Shown here: one piece after another, positions 12,483 to 25,400 of the stretch
How positions within the stretch are numbered: position 1 is the first letter of the stretch
Layout: each line of letters begins with the position of its first letter
Assembly (NCBI GenBank): GCA_030390025.1
Contig: CM059432.1
Span: 27,840,001-27,904,000, forward strand
Length of the DNA: 64,000 bases
From: Squalus acanthias
Taxonomy: Eukaryota
Direction of reading: 5' to 3'
Notes under the pieces: generated by a model
Databases searched by the model: none
Seen by the model: the letters and a program-made list of their open reading frames with translations, nothing else
What the model was told of the DNA's origin: nothing
Made by a program: the position numbers and the translations under genes

Positions 12483-14274
12483 ACTTACCTTAATGTGAAG
12501 CCAGGAGGAGCAGGCACGCTCACCGAACTCACCTGTGTGCCTCGGCCGGCATCCGAACCGGTTGAAATTCGAAGGCCACGGACTGGCGTGCTGCGTTGGG
12601 ACGCCCGATTGGCGCTTGCAGTTCACTACAATTACTATGATGGGTCCGAGGGAAAATTTAGGTTGGTCCTCGGGCTTCTCCGCCTTGGCTTAAATGTAAG
12701 AGATTTAGGACCAACAGCAGGAGAATTCCTTTTATGCAGAGGGTTGTGAGGCCGTGAAATGTAGTACCAGAGTAAGTGATTGAAGCAGAGACCATGTCAA
12801 TATGTCTGGTAGGAATAGGATAGGCCTTAACTGTAATGCCTGTTCCAAGGTCAAATAGCTGACGCTCCATGTCCAGGCTCATGAATGCAGAATGGCCTAT
12901 TGGGCAAGATACTGAAGGGCACCTGCCACCCCTGGCTCCATATGTACTGTGGACGGCACACACACTGGGGCTAATTACTGTAATTTTACCTTCTTCAACT
13001 CTTTGTTAAAAGAACCTAAAATATCAGGCTTGGATTGGAGCCACGTGGACGGGTACATTTTGAGCTATTTCTGCACCCCACCCCTCCTTAAAAAATGGGT
13101 AAAGCCAAAGGCAAATTGAGGTTTGTATTCTGTGTCTGTACCATTAACAAAATGGATGCCCCTTCCAGCCCCTCCTCCCCAACATCCCCACAGCGTGATG
13201 ATACAGCCCCTGGAATTATTTTCATAGATTACATTTTTACAGGCGCAGAGAGAAAAAGCATCAGTACAGCATCTGCATCCATCAATCAATACCGTCTCAC
13301 TGTAACCGTGACGGAGTCAAACCTCCAGGCACCACCTTCGACTCCAAAAAAGATAAGCACACATTTTCGATGCCAATCATATTTGCTGCACCTGGGCCCC
13401 CTTCTCTCCACTGTGCACCCTTTAGATTGCTTTGATTGATGAGAAAATATTTGGCATCTCAATATAAGCAGCACCTGGTTATTTGAACAGTTAAACACAG
13501 TGCGCTGATCTCTGTTTACTTGACTTTCAAAGAAAAGGGGATTTATCAGGAGGAATCAAGAAATCCAATATGTTGACATTTGATCCTAGCTTTTATACTT
13601 TGAACTATTGAAAGTGAACAGTAACTTGCCTCCAGATCCTGTATCTGACTGGAAACTAGGTTTTTGGAGCTGTGTAGATGCTCAGTTAGTGCCAAAATGG
13701 ATTTCAGGACTTCAGTTATTTTCTTGAATTGAGGCATCTTGGTGAAGACATGTGAGGAACTTCACTTCAGCAAGACAGGAGGAGATGAACAAAAGATCTT
13801 AAAATGCCTACTTTGAAGGGAGCTCAGGGAGAAACAAGCCACCTTAGTGCAAGCTGCAGACTCCCATGACAGTCAGCTAGTCAGGTTAAACGCAATGATG
13901 GGATTTGTCCATCTGGCACTTTAGATAGGGAGCTGCTGTGATCAACCTCTATTAGGAAAATTTTGAAAGGAAATACAATTATCAAAATGTATTGGTTTTG
14001 CTCAACTCATGGGCTTGGCAATTCCTTGCAGGCCGGTGTGCCACCGACTTCCGCCCATCAGGCTGGCCCTGGTGCTGACCCCATCCCAAATCCCAGGGAC
14101 AGGGTCATAGATTTAAAATGGGCAACCTGGGGGAAGCCTGATGGGTGGAAGTGTCTGCCCATAGAATTTCAGAGTGATACCTTGCTGCTCTGTTGGTGAG
14201 AGGAGTTGGAGATTGGTCGAACTGGTCGGAGAACAATTATTTTTATCTCCTGAAGTCATATGTGGTTGCTTCTT

Positions 14275-14690
14275 TCATAATGGCATAGAAATCAAAAGCA
14301 AGGAAGTTATGCGAAATCTTTAAAAAAACTGGTTCGGCTTCAGCTGGAGTATTGTGTCCAATTCTGTACACCACACTTTAGGAAGGATGTCAAGATTTTA
14401 GAATGGTACCAAGGATGTGGGACTTCAGTTATGTGGATAAACAAGAGACGCTGGGATTGTTCTCCTTAGAGCAGAGAAGGTTAAGAGAAGGTTTAATAGA
14501 GATGTTCAAAAATTATGAGGGGTCTTGGTACAGTAAATAAGGAGAAACTGTTTCCACTGGCAGGAGAGTCAGTAACCAGAGGACACAGATTTAAGCTAAT
14601 TGGCAAAAGAATCAGAGGGGAGATGAGAAGAATTTTTTTACGCAGCGAGTTATGATGATCTGGAATGCACTGCCTGAAAGGATGATTCTG
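14275..14690 (+). mobile_element. Degraded CR1 ORF2 C-terminal fragment
   Basis: CAGCTGGAGTATTGTGTCCAATTCTG...TTTTTACGCAGCGAGTT..TGGAATGCACTGCCTG. Confidence 0.82.
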
Positions 14691-16580
14691 TAATTAACCT
14701 CTCTGAGATCAATTACTGTTAGGAAACAGAATTGTGGGTCCCACTTATGCTTGTTGTACGGAAAGTAAGCTTGCATAATGCAGGCATACTAAACGTTGGT
14801 TGTACTATACGTTGGATTTCCTGTGAACATCATCCTGCCAGTGTCTCCTCTTACACTGACTTCACACAGTCGAAATTCTGCATCGGTGCATGAAAGGGGA
14901 GATATCCTGTGGAACCAAGTTCTGACACAAATTCCTCCCTCTCCCCCCCCGATCCAGATTATGTGATTTCCTCACCAAGAAATGGTATGAATTTTGGGAC
15001 TATGACACTTGATATCATGAAGGACACATAGAAGAAACTGTAAGGCAGAATCTGAAAATTATGAGCTGTGTTTATAATTGTAATAAAAACAGTTGGTTAA
15101 AACAGCAAGTCTAACATGGTTTGCATTCCTTACTTTACGTAACACACGTCAGCTAAATGTAGATTACTCTTCCCTGCTTTCTCATTCCACCATAACCCCC
15201 ACACAAACTGCAGTGGCATAAGTGTGGCTATTATCTCCTAATACCACCTTGCATATCGCTCTACTCCTCCCCTCTTTCTCTACCTTTGAACAGGTCACCT
15301 ATTATCACCTATTATCCCACCATTCCTTCAAAGCTCTCCTCATCTATCATCAGCCTACATTAAAAAAAAAAAATTCTTGGGATGTGGGCATCGCTGGCAA
15401 AACTGGCATTTATTGCCCATCCCTAGTTTACCTTGAGAAGATGGTGGGTATGCCTTCTTCTTGAAGGTGCTCCCACACAAGTCCCTGGGTGTTTTCTTCA
15501 CTGAAATCTCTGCCTGCCCTGTGACTTGGTGCTAAGTGACTTCTTATCCCTGATGGTTTTGACTTCCATCTAGCCTCCAATGACTTCCTTGCCTCTTTGT
15601 TTCCCTGAACTTCATCTTCCACATCTACTCCCTGCCCATGCACATGCACATGCACACCCCCTTGATCTCATCAAGATACAGGAGATCGAAATCTCCAAGA
15701 ACTCTATGACTGGCAAAGTTCTCTCAGGGCAGCAGATTTGTAATATGGGTTTCACACTTTAGATTATGTAACACTGGTCTGATAAATGTAGTGATTGTGA
15801 ATACCTTGTACAATGCTGTGCAATATCACTGACTTTCTCATCTCCTGCGTTATACAAAGCACACTGACAACCAAATCCCCTCGACTTTGATCCGGATTCC
15901 TTGGGAAAAAAATGCCCTCTAACTCTCATTAACCTTCTCAAACTCAACCTTTCCCTTTTACCTTTAATGATATTGGTGCTTCCATTGATCACCGCCATTG
16001 CTACCTTGCCTCCCCATTAGATCCCAGATTGTCTCTATCTCCCGTTGTTTTTCCTGGTTCAACAGCTACCTCTGGGTCTAACATCTGTGGGCCGAAAGCT
16101 CAAATGCACTTGGCAAGAGATCACCTCACGATTTCTTGTCGCTTCTTTTCAAGACTAAATCAGACATTTTGCAGACCCCTATGCAGCCATTTATCTTTAA
16201 GTTGTTCAACACTACCAGTAAGGGGAAGATGGACCATTAGTGCTCCCCTGTCCATACACTGAGTAGCAGTACCGTACATGCTCTATAGAGATTGAGTAGA
16301 GTTTGTCCTGATATATGTTACATAGAGTTCACGCAGTTTATATAATATAAATTGCAGTCCATTCATATTATTTGAAATTATATAGTTATTGCAGATAATA
16401 AACTATATATAATCTAAAAATAAAAATGACATAACCACTATATATTGCATAGAATTTACATTTACTGTATATAAATTGAAGGTACATATTATATATTACA
16501 TACATGGTATGTGCTGAGTTATACAACCTTGGCTGGGATAGTATAGTGGGTACTAGAATTGACCAGAATCTCCCCAGACC

Positions 16581-17385
16581 AGAAACATAGAAACATAGAA
16601 GATAGGAGCAGGAGTCGGCCATTTGGCCCCTCGAGCCTGCTCCGCCATTCGATGAGATCATGGCTGATCATCCAAACTCAGTACCCTGTCCCTGCCTTCT
16701 CCCCATATCCCTTGATACCTTTAGCCTTAAGAAATATATCTAACTCCTTCTTGAATATATTTACTGACTTGGCCTCAACTGCCTTCTGTGGTAGAGAATT
16801 CCACAGGTTCACCACTCTCTGGGTGAAGAAATTCCTCCTCATCTCTGTCCTAAATGGCTTACCCCTTATCTTTAGACTGTGACCTCTTGTTCTGGACTCA
16901 CCCGCCATCGGGAACATCCTTCCTGCATCCAGTCTGTCTAGCCCTGTTAGAATTTTATAAGTTTCAATGAGATCACCTCTCATTCTTCTAAATTCCAGCG
17001 AGTATAAGCCCAATCGACCCAATCTCTCCTCGTACGTCATTCCTGCCATCCCAGGTATCAGTCTGGTGAATCTTCGCTGCACTCCCTCCATGGCAAGAAC
17101 ATCCTTCCACAGATAAGGCGACCAAAACTGCACACAATACTCAAGGTGTGGTTTCACCAAGGCCCTGCACAGCTGCATCAAAATTGAGAGGTCGCACAAC
17201 ACCAGGTTATAGTCCAACAGTTTTATTTTAAATCACAAGCTTTCGGAGTTACAACTCCTTCGTCAGGTGAAGTGTCAAGACATCCTTGTTCCTGTACTCG
17301 AACCCTCTTGCTACGAAGGCCAACATACCATTTCCCTTCTTAACCGCCTGCTGCACCTGCATGCTTACCTTCAGCGACTGGTGAC
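16581..17385 (-). mobile_element. CR1 3' fragment interrupted by a Penelope LTR piece
   Basis: KPHLEYCVQFWSP...FFTQRVVNLWNSLP with an AGAAACAT tail. The ORF continues upstream of 17275. Confidence 0.92.
17179..17274 (-). mobile_element. Penelope pseudo-LTR fragment with canonical-core hammerhead motif (17233-17270), inserted in a CR1
   Basis: Reverse complement of 21940-22035 with core CTGACGA. TCAA is repeated at both junctions with the interrupted CR1. Confidence 0.88.
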
Positions 17386-20300
17386 TAGAGAGGGAAAAAA
17401 GAAGCACCCGGCCTGGATTACCTTCCTGATTGTTACGTAGCTCAGAAAACATCCTGCAGTCGTGCAAGCCATGAATGGAGGCCAAGAGGCAGTAATTCTA
17501 TGTAATTCTATGCCAGAAATGAAGAGGAGACAGCCTGAAAGTGAGCCCCAGGGCCATAAATCAGAAACAGTCACAGGGTTAGCATGTGGAGTGCAATAAA
17601 ATTAAACACAGACAGGAAAAAAAATACTTTGAAGCTGGGGTGGAGAGGTGGGTGATAACAGGATTAAGCCTGCAGTGAAATCCATTAGCGGCCTGCAGCG
17701 TCATTTCACTCAGAGGTCTTCCATGTTTTATGATAATACCAGCACAAAACTTTAACCAGACAGGGGCAGAAAGAACGAAAGTGACTCTCAGTATATCTGA
17801 GCAGACAAGCCAGTGATTGGTCCCCACCAGCACGGACACTCCACCGTTATCTGGTCACCAGCAATAATTTGTTTTCATTTAGTTCTTTTGTGCTCATAAA
17901 GACAAGTGCTAGGTGCTAGAAGACTTTCAAATATAATATTTAATAAAACTACTCGAACACTATTATTATAGTAATGAGATGACATAAACCAACACTAATA
18001 CTACAGTAATAAAACTACTCAACATTAATATTACATTGGTAAAAACACTCAAAATAAACACTAATAAGACTACTCAAATATTACAGTAACACTCAGGTAT
18101 CAGGAATAACCTTACCTTAATATTAACACTAAACTACTAAAGTAAACGCCCAGCACACGACTTTACAAAACTAAAATAAAATTACAGTATATACATACTG
18201 CATATGTTCACCTTATCTCTTTTTCCTTCTGTTCTCAATTCTCTCTATATCCTAATTTTAATGATCACTTTAATTCTAATTAATATTCACTATTTTTACC
18301 AATTTTGAACTGCCCCTCTGTTAGTTTTAATGGATGTTTATTCTCTGCCTCTCCCCTCCCAATATCCGTTTTAGCGGTGGAGGCATTTTTTTTTAAACAA
18401 AAAGGTTTTCATTGGTTGAAAACTGGATTAAAGACTAGTTTTCTAGCCAATCAAATTCTGATAGGCTGGAAAACTGGGCTTTAAAGCTGATTCTGAAGAC
18501 TGAAATGGTAGTTTATTCGGATCAACCTATGTTACATAAAAAACATGTGAAAATGTGTGCAAGTGGTCATCATTGAGCGCACTTTCTACCAGACCCTGCA
18601 ACCCAATGCTGATTAAACTTGCCCACTGCACCCAAGTTTATTTCTCCCACATCATCAATGTGCAACACAGCCATCCAGCTCTGAGTTTCCACCCATTTCT
18701 TCCAACTCCAATTCACTTCCCTGGCACTAGTTGGCTCTAAGATTCCTCACCCTGATGCTATGTGATAACTCGTATTGCAAAGTTGTACAACAGATGGTAA
18801 TGATAGAGAAGAAGCCCCTTCAGTTCATGTAGGCCATCGGATTAGTGCCTGGATGACCAGAATGGTTGCCATGTAAATTCTCTACACTCTGGGGAACCCT
18901 ACGACTACAAGACATCCTGTCCCCTGTTGCATTAATGGCAACATTCCCGAGGGGGAAGTGATGAATGTGCTTCCCCTTGCAAATAAAACTGCTGCATCTG
19001 TGGACAGCTGACCAATTGACTTGGCATATGCCTTCGGTGGTTCATTGGATAGATCTGATGGTGTGAAAGGTTAATGTACTAGCGCTCTTCATCAGCACAG
19101 GAAGAGCCCGCCATGAGGTAAAAGTTGTCTGCAGGTCAGACTCCAGGAGATGTCTTAGCTATGTGACAGACTCCCTCATGAAGTAGAAGTGCCAAAGGCA
19201 AACCTTCTCTAACAAACCCAGGAAGGACTATCTGGGTCAGTAATTACAAGTCTTGGAGTCAAGTGAGTGCGTACGTACGTCTTGAGGTGTAGTCGCATCA
19301 GCCTTTCTAACTGGAGGCATATTATACAAAGTCCCCGCCTCCAGCTCCGCCTTCCCTTACAATTATGGTCATAGAGTTAGAAACACCACAGAAAGAGGCC
19401 CTTCGGCCCATCGTGTCTGCGCCGGCCGTTGAGCCCTGTCCATTCTAATTCCATTTTCCAGCACTTGGTTCACAGCCTTGTATGCTATGGTGTTTCAAGT
19501 GCCCATCTAAATGCTTCTTGAATGTTGTGAGGGTTCCTGCCTCTACCACCCTTTCAGGCAGTGAGTTCCAGATTCCAACCACCCTCTGGGTGAAAAAGTT
19601 TTCCTCAAATCCCCTCTAAACCTCTTGCCCCTTACCTTGAAACTATGCCCCCTTGTTATTGACCCCTCTACTAAGGGGAAAAGTTCCTTTCTATCTATCC
19701 TATCTATGCCCCATATAATTTTGTACACCTCAATCAGGTCCCCCCTCAGCCTTCTCTGCTCTCAGGAAAACAACCCCAGCCTGTCCAGTCTCTCTTCATA
19801 GTTGAAGCGCTGCAGCCCAGGTAACATCCTGGTGAATCTCCTCTGCACCCTCTCCAATGCAATCACATCCTTCCTATCGTGTGGCAACCAGAACTGCACA
19901 CAGTATTCCAACTGTGGCCTATCTAGCGTTTTGTACAGCTCCATCATAACCTTCCTGCTCTTATATTCAATGCCTTGGCTAATGAAGGCAAGTATCCCAT
20001 ATGCCTTTTTAACCACCTTATCTACCTGTCCTGCTGCCTTCAGGGATCTATGTACATGCACACCAAGGTCCCTCTGATCCTCTGTCCTTCCTAGGGTCCT
20101 ACCATTCATTGTGTATTCCCTTGCCTTGTTAGTCCTCCCAAAATGCATCACCTCACACTTTTCAGGGTTAAATTCCATTTGCCACTGTTCTGCCCATCTA
20201 ACCAACCCATCTATATCGTCCTGTAGCCTGAGGCTTCCCTCCTCGCTATTTACCACCCCACCAATTTTCGTGTCATCTGCGAACTTACTGATCATACCTC

Positions 20301-20835
20301 CTACATTCATATCTAAATCATTAATGTACACTACAAACTGCAAAGGACCCAGCACCGATCCCTGAGGTACACCACTGGACACAGGCTTCCAGTCACAAAA
20401 ACAACCTTCGACCATCACCCTCTGCCTCCTGCCACTAAGCCAATTTTGGATCCAATGTGCCAAATTGCCCTCGATCCCATGGGCTCTTACCTTCTTGACC
20501 AGTCTCCTATGCGGGACTTTGTCAAAAGCCTTACTGAAGTCCATGTAGACCACATCAACTGCACTACCCTCATCCACACACCTAGTCACCCCCTCGAAAA
20601 ATTCAATCAAATTGGTCAGACATGATCTCCCCCTGACAAAGCCATGCTGACTATCCTTGATTAATCCTTGCCTCTCCAAGTGGAGACTAATTCTGTCCCT
20701 CAGAATTTTTTGCAATAATTTCCCTACCACTGATGTTAGGCTCACTGGCCTGTAATTCCTTGGTTTATCCCTACTACCCTTCTTGAGTAATGGTACTATG
20801 TTAGCTGTTCTCCAGTCCTCTGGCACCTCCCCTGC

Positions 20836-22071
20836 TCAGACGAGGAGGAACGCGATGGACACCTACGGACGCTGAAAAACGCCCTCGTAAGAACGGGATA
20901 TGACGCTCGACTCATCGATCGACAGTTCCGACGGGCCACAGCGAAAAATCGCATAGACCTCCTCAGAAGGCAAACACGGGACACAACCAACAGGGTACCC
21001 TACGTCGTCCAGTACTTCCCCGGAGCGGAGAAACTACGCCATGTTCTTCGCAGCCTTCAACATGTCATCGATGACGACAAACACCTCGCTAAGGCCATCC
21101 CCACGCCTCCACTACTTGCCTTCAAACAGCCGCCTAACCTCAGAAGTACCATCGTTCGCAGCAAATTACCCAGCTTTCAGGATAACAGCGACCACGACAC
21201 CACACAACCCTGCCATGGCAAACTCTGCAAGACATGCCAGATCATCAACACAGATACCATCATCACACGTGAGGACACTACCCACCAGGTACATGGTACA
21301 TACTCATGTGACTCGGCCAACGTTGTCTACCTCATACGTTGCAGGAAAGAATGCACCGCGGCATGGTACATCGGCGAGACCATGCAGACACTGAGACAAC
21401 GTATGAACGAGCACCACGCAACAATCGCCAGGCAGGATTGTTACCTCCCAGTCGGGGAACACTTCAGCAGTCAAGGACATTCAGCCTCGGATCTGCGGGT
21501 AAGCGTTCTCCAAGGCGGCCTTAGGAAAACACGACAACGCAAAATCATCCAGCAGAAAATGATAGCCAAGTTCCGCACTCATGAAGACGGTCTCAATCGG
21601 GATCTTGGGTTTATGTCACGATACATGACGTGATCCGGACTCGAGTTGTCGTTGGCTTGTTCACAGATGTGATTCCCAGCAAAAAAGTAAAAATTTTAAA
21701 GTTAATCGTTTTACATACAGACGGCAGCTTTTGACACGTTAGACCCCATGCGACTCCACCTCATTGTCTCAGTTGTATCTTGCTATGTCTTTGATGTGGT
21801 ACCTTCCTGGCTGACCTGATTAACTTTATCACACCTCGGCAGATAAACAGTCAGGATGATTGAATTTAGTTGTCTGCAATTGTAAGTTACACATGCATTG
21901 TTCTCTATCTATATATGCTTTGACGATTCTGTATCTCCTCACTTCACCCGACGAAGGAGTTGTAACTCCGAAAGCTTGTGATTTAAAATAAAACTGTTGG
22001 ACTATAACCTGGTGTTGTGCGACCTCTCAATTTTGTCCACCCCAGTCCAACACCGGCATCTCCGCATCATG
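20836..22071 (+). mobile_element. 5'-truncated Penelope-like retroelement (Neptune-like), GIY-YIG endonuclease ORF plus 3' pseudo-LTR, inserted in a CR1
   Basis: Open frame 20833-21633: CSDEEERD..GY..VPYVVQY..AFKQPPNL..PCHGKLCKTC..YSCDSANVVYLIRC..C..WYIGET..LRQRMNEH..VGEHF..H..GLN. Flanked by the 11-bp TSD ACCTCCCCTGC (20825-20835 and 22072-22082). Confidence 0.93.
21944..21981 (+). ncRNA. Minimal hammerhead ribozyme motif in the Penelope pseudo-LTR (core variant CCGACGA)
   Basis: TCAC-CCGACGA-A-GGAGT TGTA ACTCC-GAAA-GC-TT-GTGA. Stem I is TCAC/GTGA, stem II is 5 bp, and a palindromic AGCT replaces stem III. Confidence 0.75.
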
Positions 22072-24969
22072 ACCTCCCCTGCGGCCAGAGAGGTTCTGAA
22101 AATTTGTGTCAGAGCCCCTGCAATCTCCTTCCTTGCTTCACACAGCAGCCTGGGATACATCTCGTCTGGGCCTGGGGATTTATCCACTTTTAAGCCCGCT
22201 AAAACCACTAGTACCTCCTCCCTCTCAATGCTAATTTGTTCAAGTATATCACAATCCCCCTGCCTGATTTCTATGCCTACATCACCCTTCTCCATGGTGA
22301 ACACAGATGCAAAATATTCATTTGAAACCCCACCTACATCTTCTGGCTCTACACACAGATTGCCAATTTGGTTCCTAATGGTCCCTACTCTTTCCCTGGT
22401 TATCCTCTTGCCCTTAATATACTTATAAAACACCTTGGGATTTTCCTTTATTTTGCCCGCCAGTGTTATTTCATGCCCCCTCTTCACTCTCCTAATTTTT
22501 TTTTTAAGTACCCCCCTGCACTTTCTATACTCCTCTAGGGCTTCCACTGTTTTTAGTCCTTTGTATCTGCCAAAAGCCTCCCTTTTTTTCCTAATCCATT
22601 CTTGTATATCCCTTGACATCCAGGGTTCCCTGGGCTTGTTGGTCCCACCCTTGATCTTTACAGGAACATATTGCTGTTGTACTCTCTCTATTTCCTTTCT
22701 GAAAGACACCCACTGCTCTGATGTGGATTTTCCTACAAGTAGCTGATCCCAGTCCACTCTGGCCAGATCCTGCCTTATCATATGAAAATCGGCCTTCCCC
22801 CAATTTAGAACCTTTATTTCCGGTCCATCTTTGTCCTTTTCCATGACTACCTTAAATCTCACCGAATTATGGTCACTGTCACCAAAATGCTCTCCTACTA
22901 ACACTTCTACCACTTGCCCGGCTACATTCCCTAGAATTAGGTCCAGTACTGCCCCTCTCTTGTAGGACTTTCTACATGCTGGCTCAAAAAGCTCTCCTGG
23001 ATGCACTTTAAGAATTCCGCACCCTCTAAGCCTTTCACACTCTGACTATCCCAGTTACTATTGGGGAAGTTGAAATCCCCTACTATTATTACCCTATTAT
23101 TTCTATACTTCTCTGAGATTTGTCTACATATCTGTTCCTCTATCTCCCCCTGACTGTTTGGGGGCCTATAGTACACTCCCAGCAAAGTGCTTGCCCCCTT
23201 TTTGTTTTTAAGTTCTACCCATATGGCCTCATTAGAGGAACCTGCTAAGATAGCATCCCTCCTTACAACAGTAATTGACTCCTTGATTAATATTGTGACA
23301 CCCCCTCCTCTTTTACACCCCCCTCTGTCTCGCCTGAAGATTCTATACCCCGGAATATTGAGCTGCCAGTCCTGCCCCTCCCTCAACCATGTCTCTGTGA
23401 TAGCAACAATATCATACTCCCATGTGTTCATCAACACCTTCAATTCATCTGCCTTACTCGCAAGACTCCTTGCATTAAAATAAATGCCATCCAGCCTTGC
23501 CATACTCCCTTGTGCCGTTACATATTTGCTCTGCCTTCCAGGCTGACTTGTTTTTTCTTTTATATTTGGCTGTGCATCACCCCCTACTATAGCTCCACTC
23601 CGTATCCCATCCCCCTGCCAAGTTAGTTTAAACCCTCCCCAACAAACCTCCCCGCAAGGATGTTGGTCCCGTTCCGGTTCAGGTGCAACCCATCCGACTT
23701 GTACAGGTCCCATCTTCCCCAAAAGCAGACCCAGTGATCCAGTAAACTAAAGCCCTCCCTCCTGTACCAACTCTTTAGCCACGCATTCATCTGCTCTATC
23801 CTCCTATTCCTATACTCACTAGCACGTGGCACCGGGAGTAATCCAGAGATTACAACCTTTGAGGTCCTGCTTTTTAATCTGCTACCTAGCTCCCTAAATT
23901 CTTGTTGCAGGACCTCATCCCTCTTTCTACCCATGTCGTTGGTACCAATGTGAACCACGACCTCTGACTGTTCGCCCTTCCCCTTCAGAATGCCCTGCAG
24001 CCATTCAGTGACATCCTTGACCCTGGCACCAGGGAGGCAACATACCATCCTGGAGTCACGTCTGCGGCCACAGGAACATCTATCTGTTCCCCTTACGATA
24101 GAATCCCCTATCACTATTGCTCTCCCACTCTTTTTCCTCCCCTCCCGTGCAGCTGAGCCACTTGTAGTACCACGGAAAGGGGTGGGCAGAGGCTACAACC
24201 CCACAAAGGCTTTCTGGATTCTTCTGCGCTAGATCAGGACTCAGTTTAGGTTCTGGTTGCTCCCTCAGTGGGTCCTTGTCTTTGATTGGAGAGCTTTTGG
24301 ACAAGTTCAGTTATCTGCCTTGAAAACTCTGTTTAGCATCCACTGTGTTGATCTGTTGGGGAGAGTTTGTATTGTGCCCAATGCAGCATCTCCTACAGCG
24401 TGAACTTTCGCAATGTGTCTTTTTTTTGTCCGACTTTCTGAGAAAATTAATAACAAAGACCAGTACTAAAAAATAGGTGAAGCAGTACATCTGGCTCTCA
24501 CAGTGAAAGAAATTACATTTCAAAATAAAATTCTGCAGATCACGTTTTCCTCCAGTATTCTCCCCTTCTTGAAGTTGCTGATGCCTTGCTGCAATATGGT
24601 TCCACAGGAACCAGCTGTTATCTAATATTTCACACATTCTTCCTGTGTGAGACAGTGAGTATCAGCAAGCATGCAACTTTGGTGGGCAAACAACATTTTA
24701 TGTCTATACAGCAGGGATCACTGAGCAGAGATTAGGAGCAGGAACTGTGGCTGTGGTCAATCGTAGAACCTTTAACCACTCTGGCTGAAATCAGCTAGCT
24801 TAGCACAGACTGGACAACTGAAACTGGGACTTACTGATCTGAAGGGTTTACCAACTCACCGGGTAAACTCACTGAGCCGCTGGTGGACCATAGCAGCTTT
24901 GTTTTAACAGCACTATCAGCTCTGTGACTTATTATAACTATCAACAGGGAGAGGGATTGACCTTCAAAG

Positions 24970-25400
24970 AAGGAACTTTCACACCTCAGGATTTTCCAAA
25001 GTCTTTTACAGCCATTTAAGTACTTTGGAAATGTAATCACTGGTGTAATGTAGGAAAAGCAGTAGCCAATTTGCTCACAGTAAGGTCCCACAAAAAGCAA
25101 TGACCAGATAATCTGTTCTAGTGATGTTGATTGAGGGATTAATATTGGCCAGGACACCATGGAGAACACCCTTGCTTTTCGTTTGAACAGTGCCATGGGA
25201 TCGCTTACGCCCAGCTGAGAGGGCAGACGAGACCTCAGTTTACTGTCTCATCCGAAAGACGGCACCTCTGACAGTTCAGCTGTCCGTTAGTACTGCATCA
25301 GAGTGTCAGCCTAGATTTTTTTGCTCAAGTCTCTGGAGCGGGACTTGAACTCACAACCTTCTTGACTCAGAGGCCAGATGTGCTACTATTGAGCCATGGT
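24970..25400 (-). mobile_element. Deu-domain SINE
   Basis: Reverse complement of the 6655 and 60075 family. Confidence 0.75.

Larger units (their letters stand above)
19370..24170 (-). mobile_element. Near-complete CR1 LINE (ORF1 SGNH/GDSL esterase, ORF2 APE endonuclease + RT, 3' UTR), frameshifted and interrupted by a Penelope element
   Basis: ORF1 has IGDSIVRG, VVHIGTND and DGLHL. The endonuclease has YFNARS, ITETWL, GVYYRPP, GDFN and SDHN. The RT has SQHGF, DFSKAFD, GVPQGSVLGP and KFADD. The sequence rejoins across the TSD. Confidence 0.95.

Noticed and set aside
21997..22070. Recurrent peptide MDYNLVLCDLSILS in three ORFs as a small gene family
   Set aside because: It is the translation of the Penelope terminal repeat from a TTG codon, repeated because the DNA repeat is.
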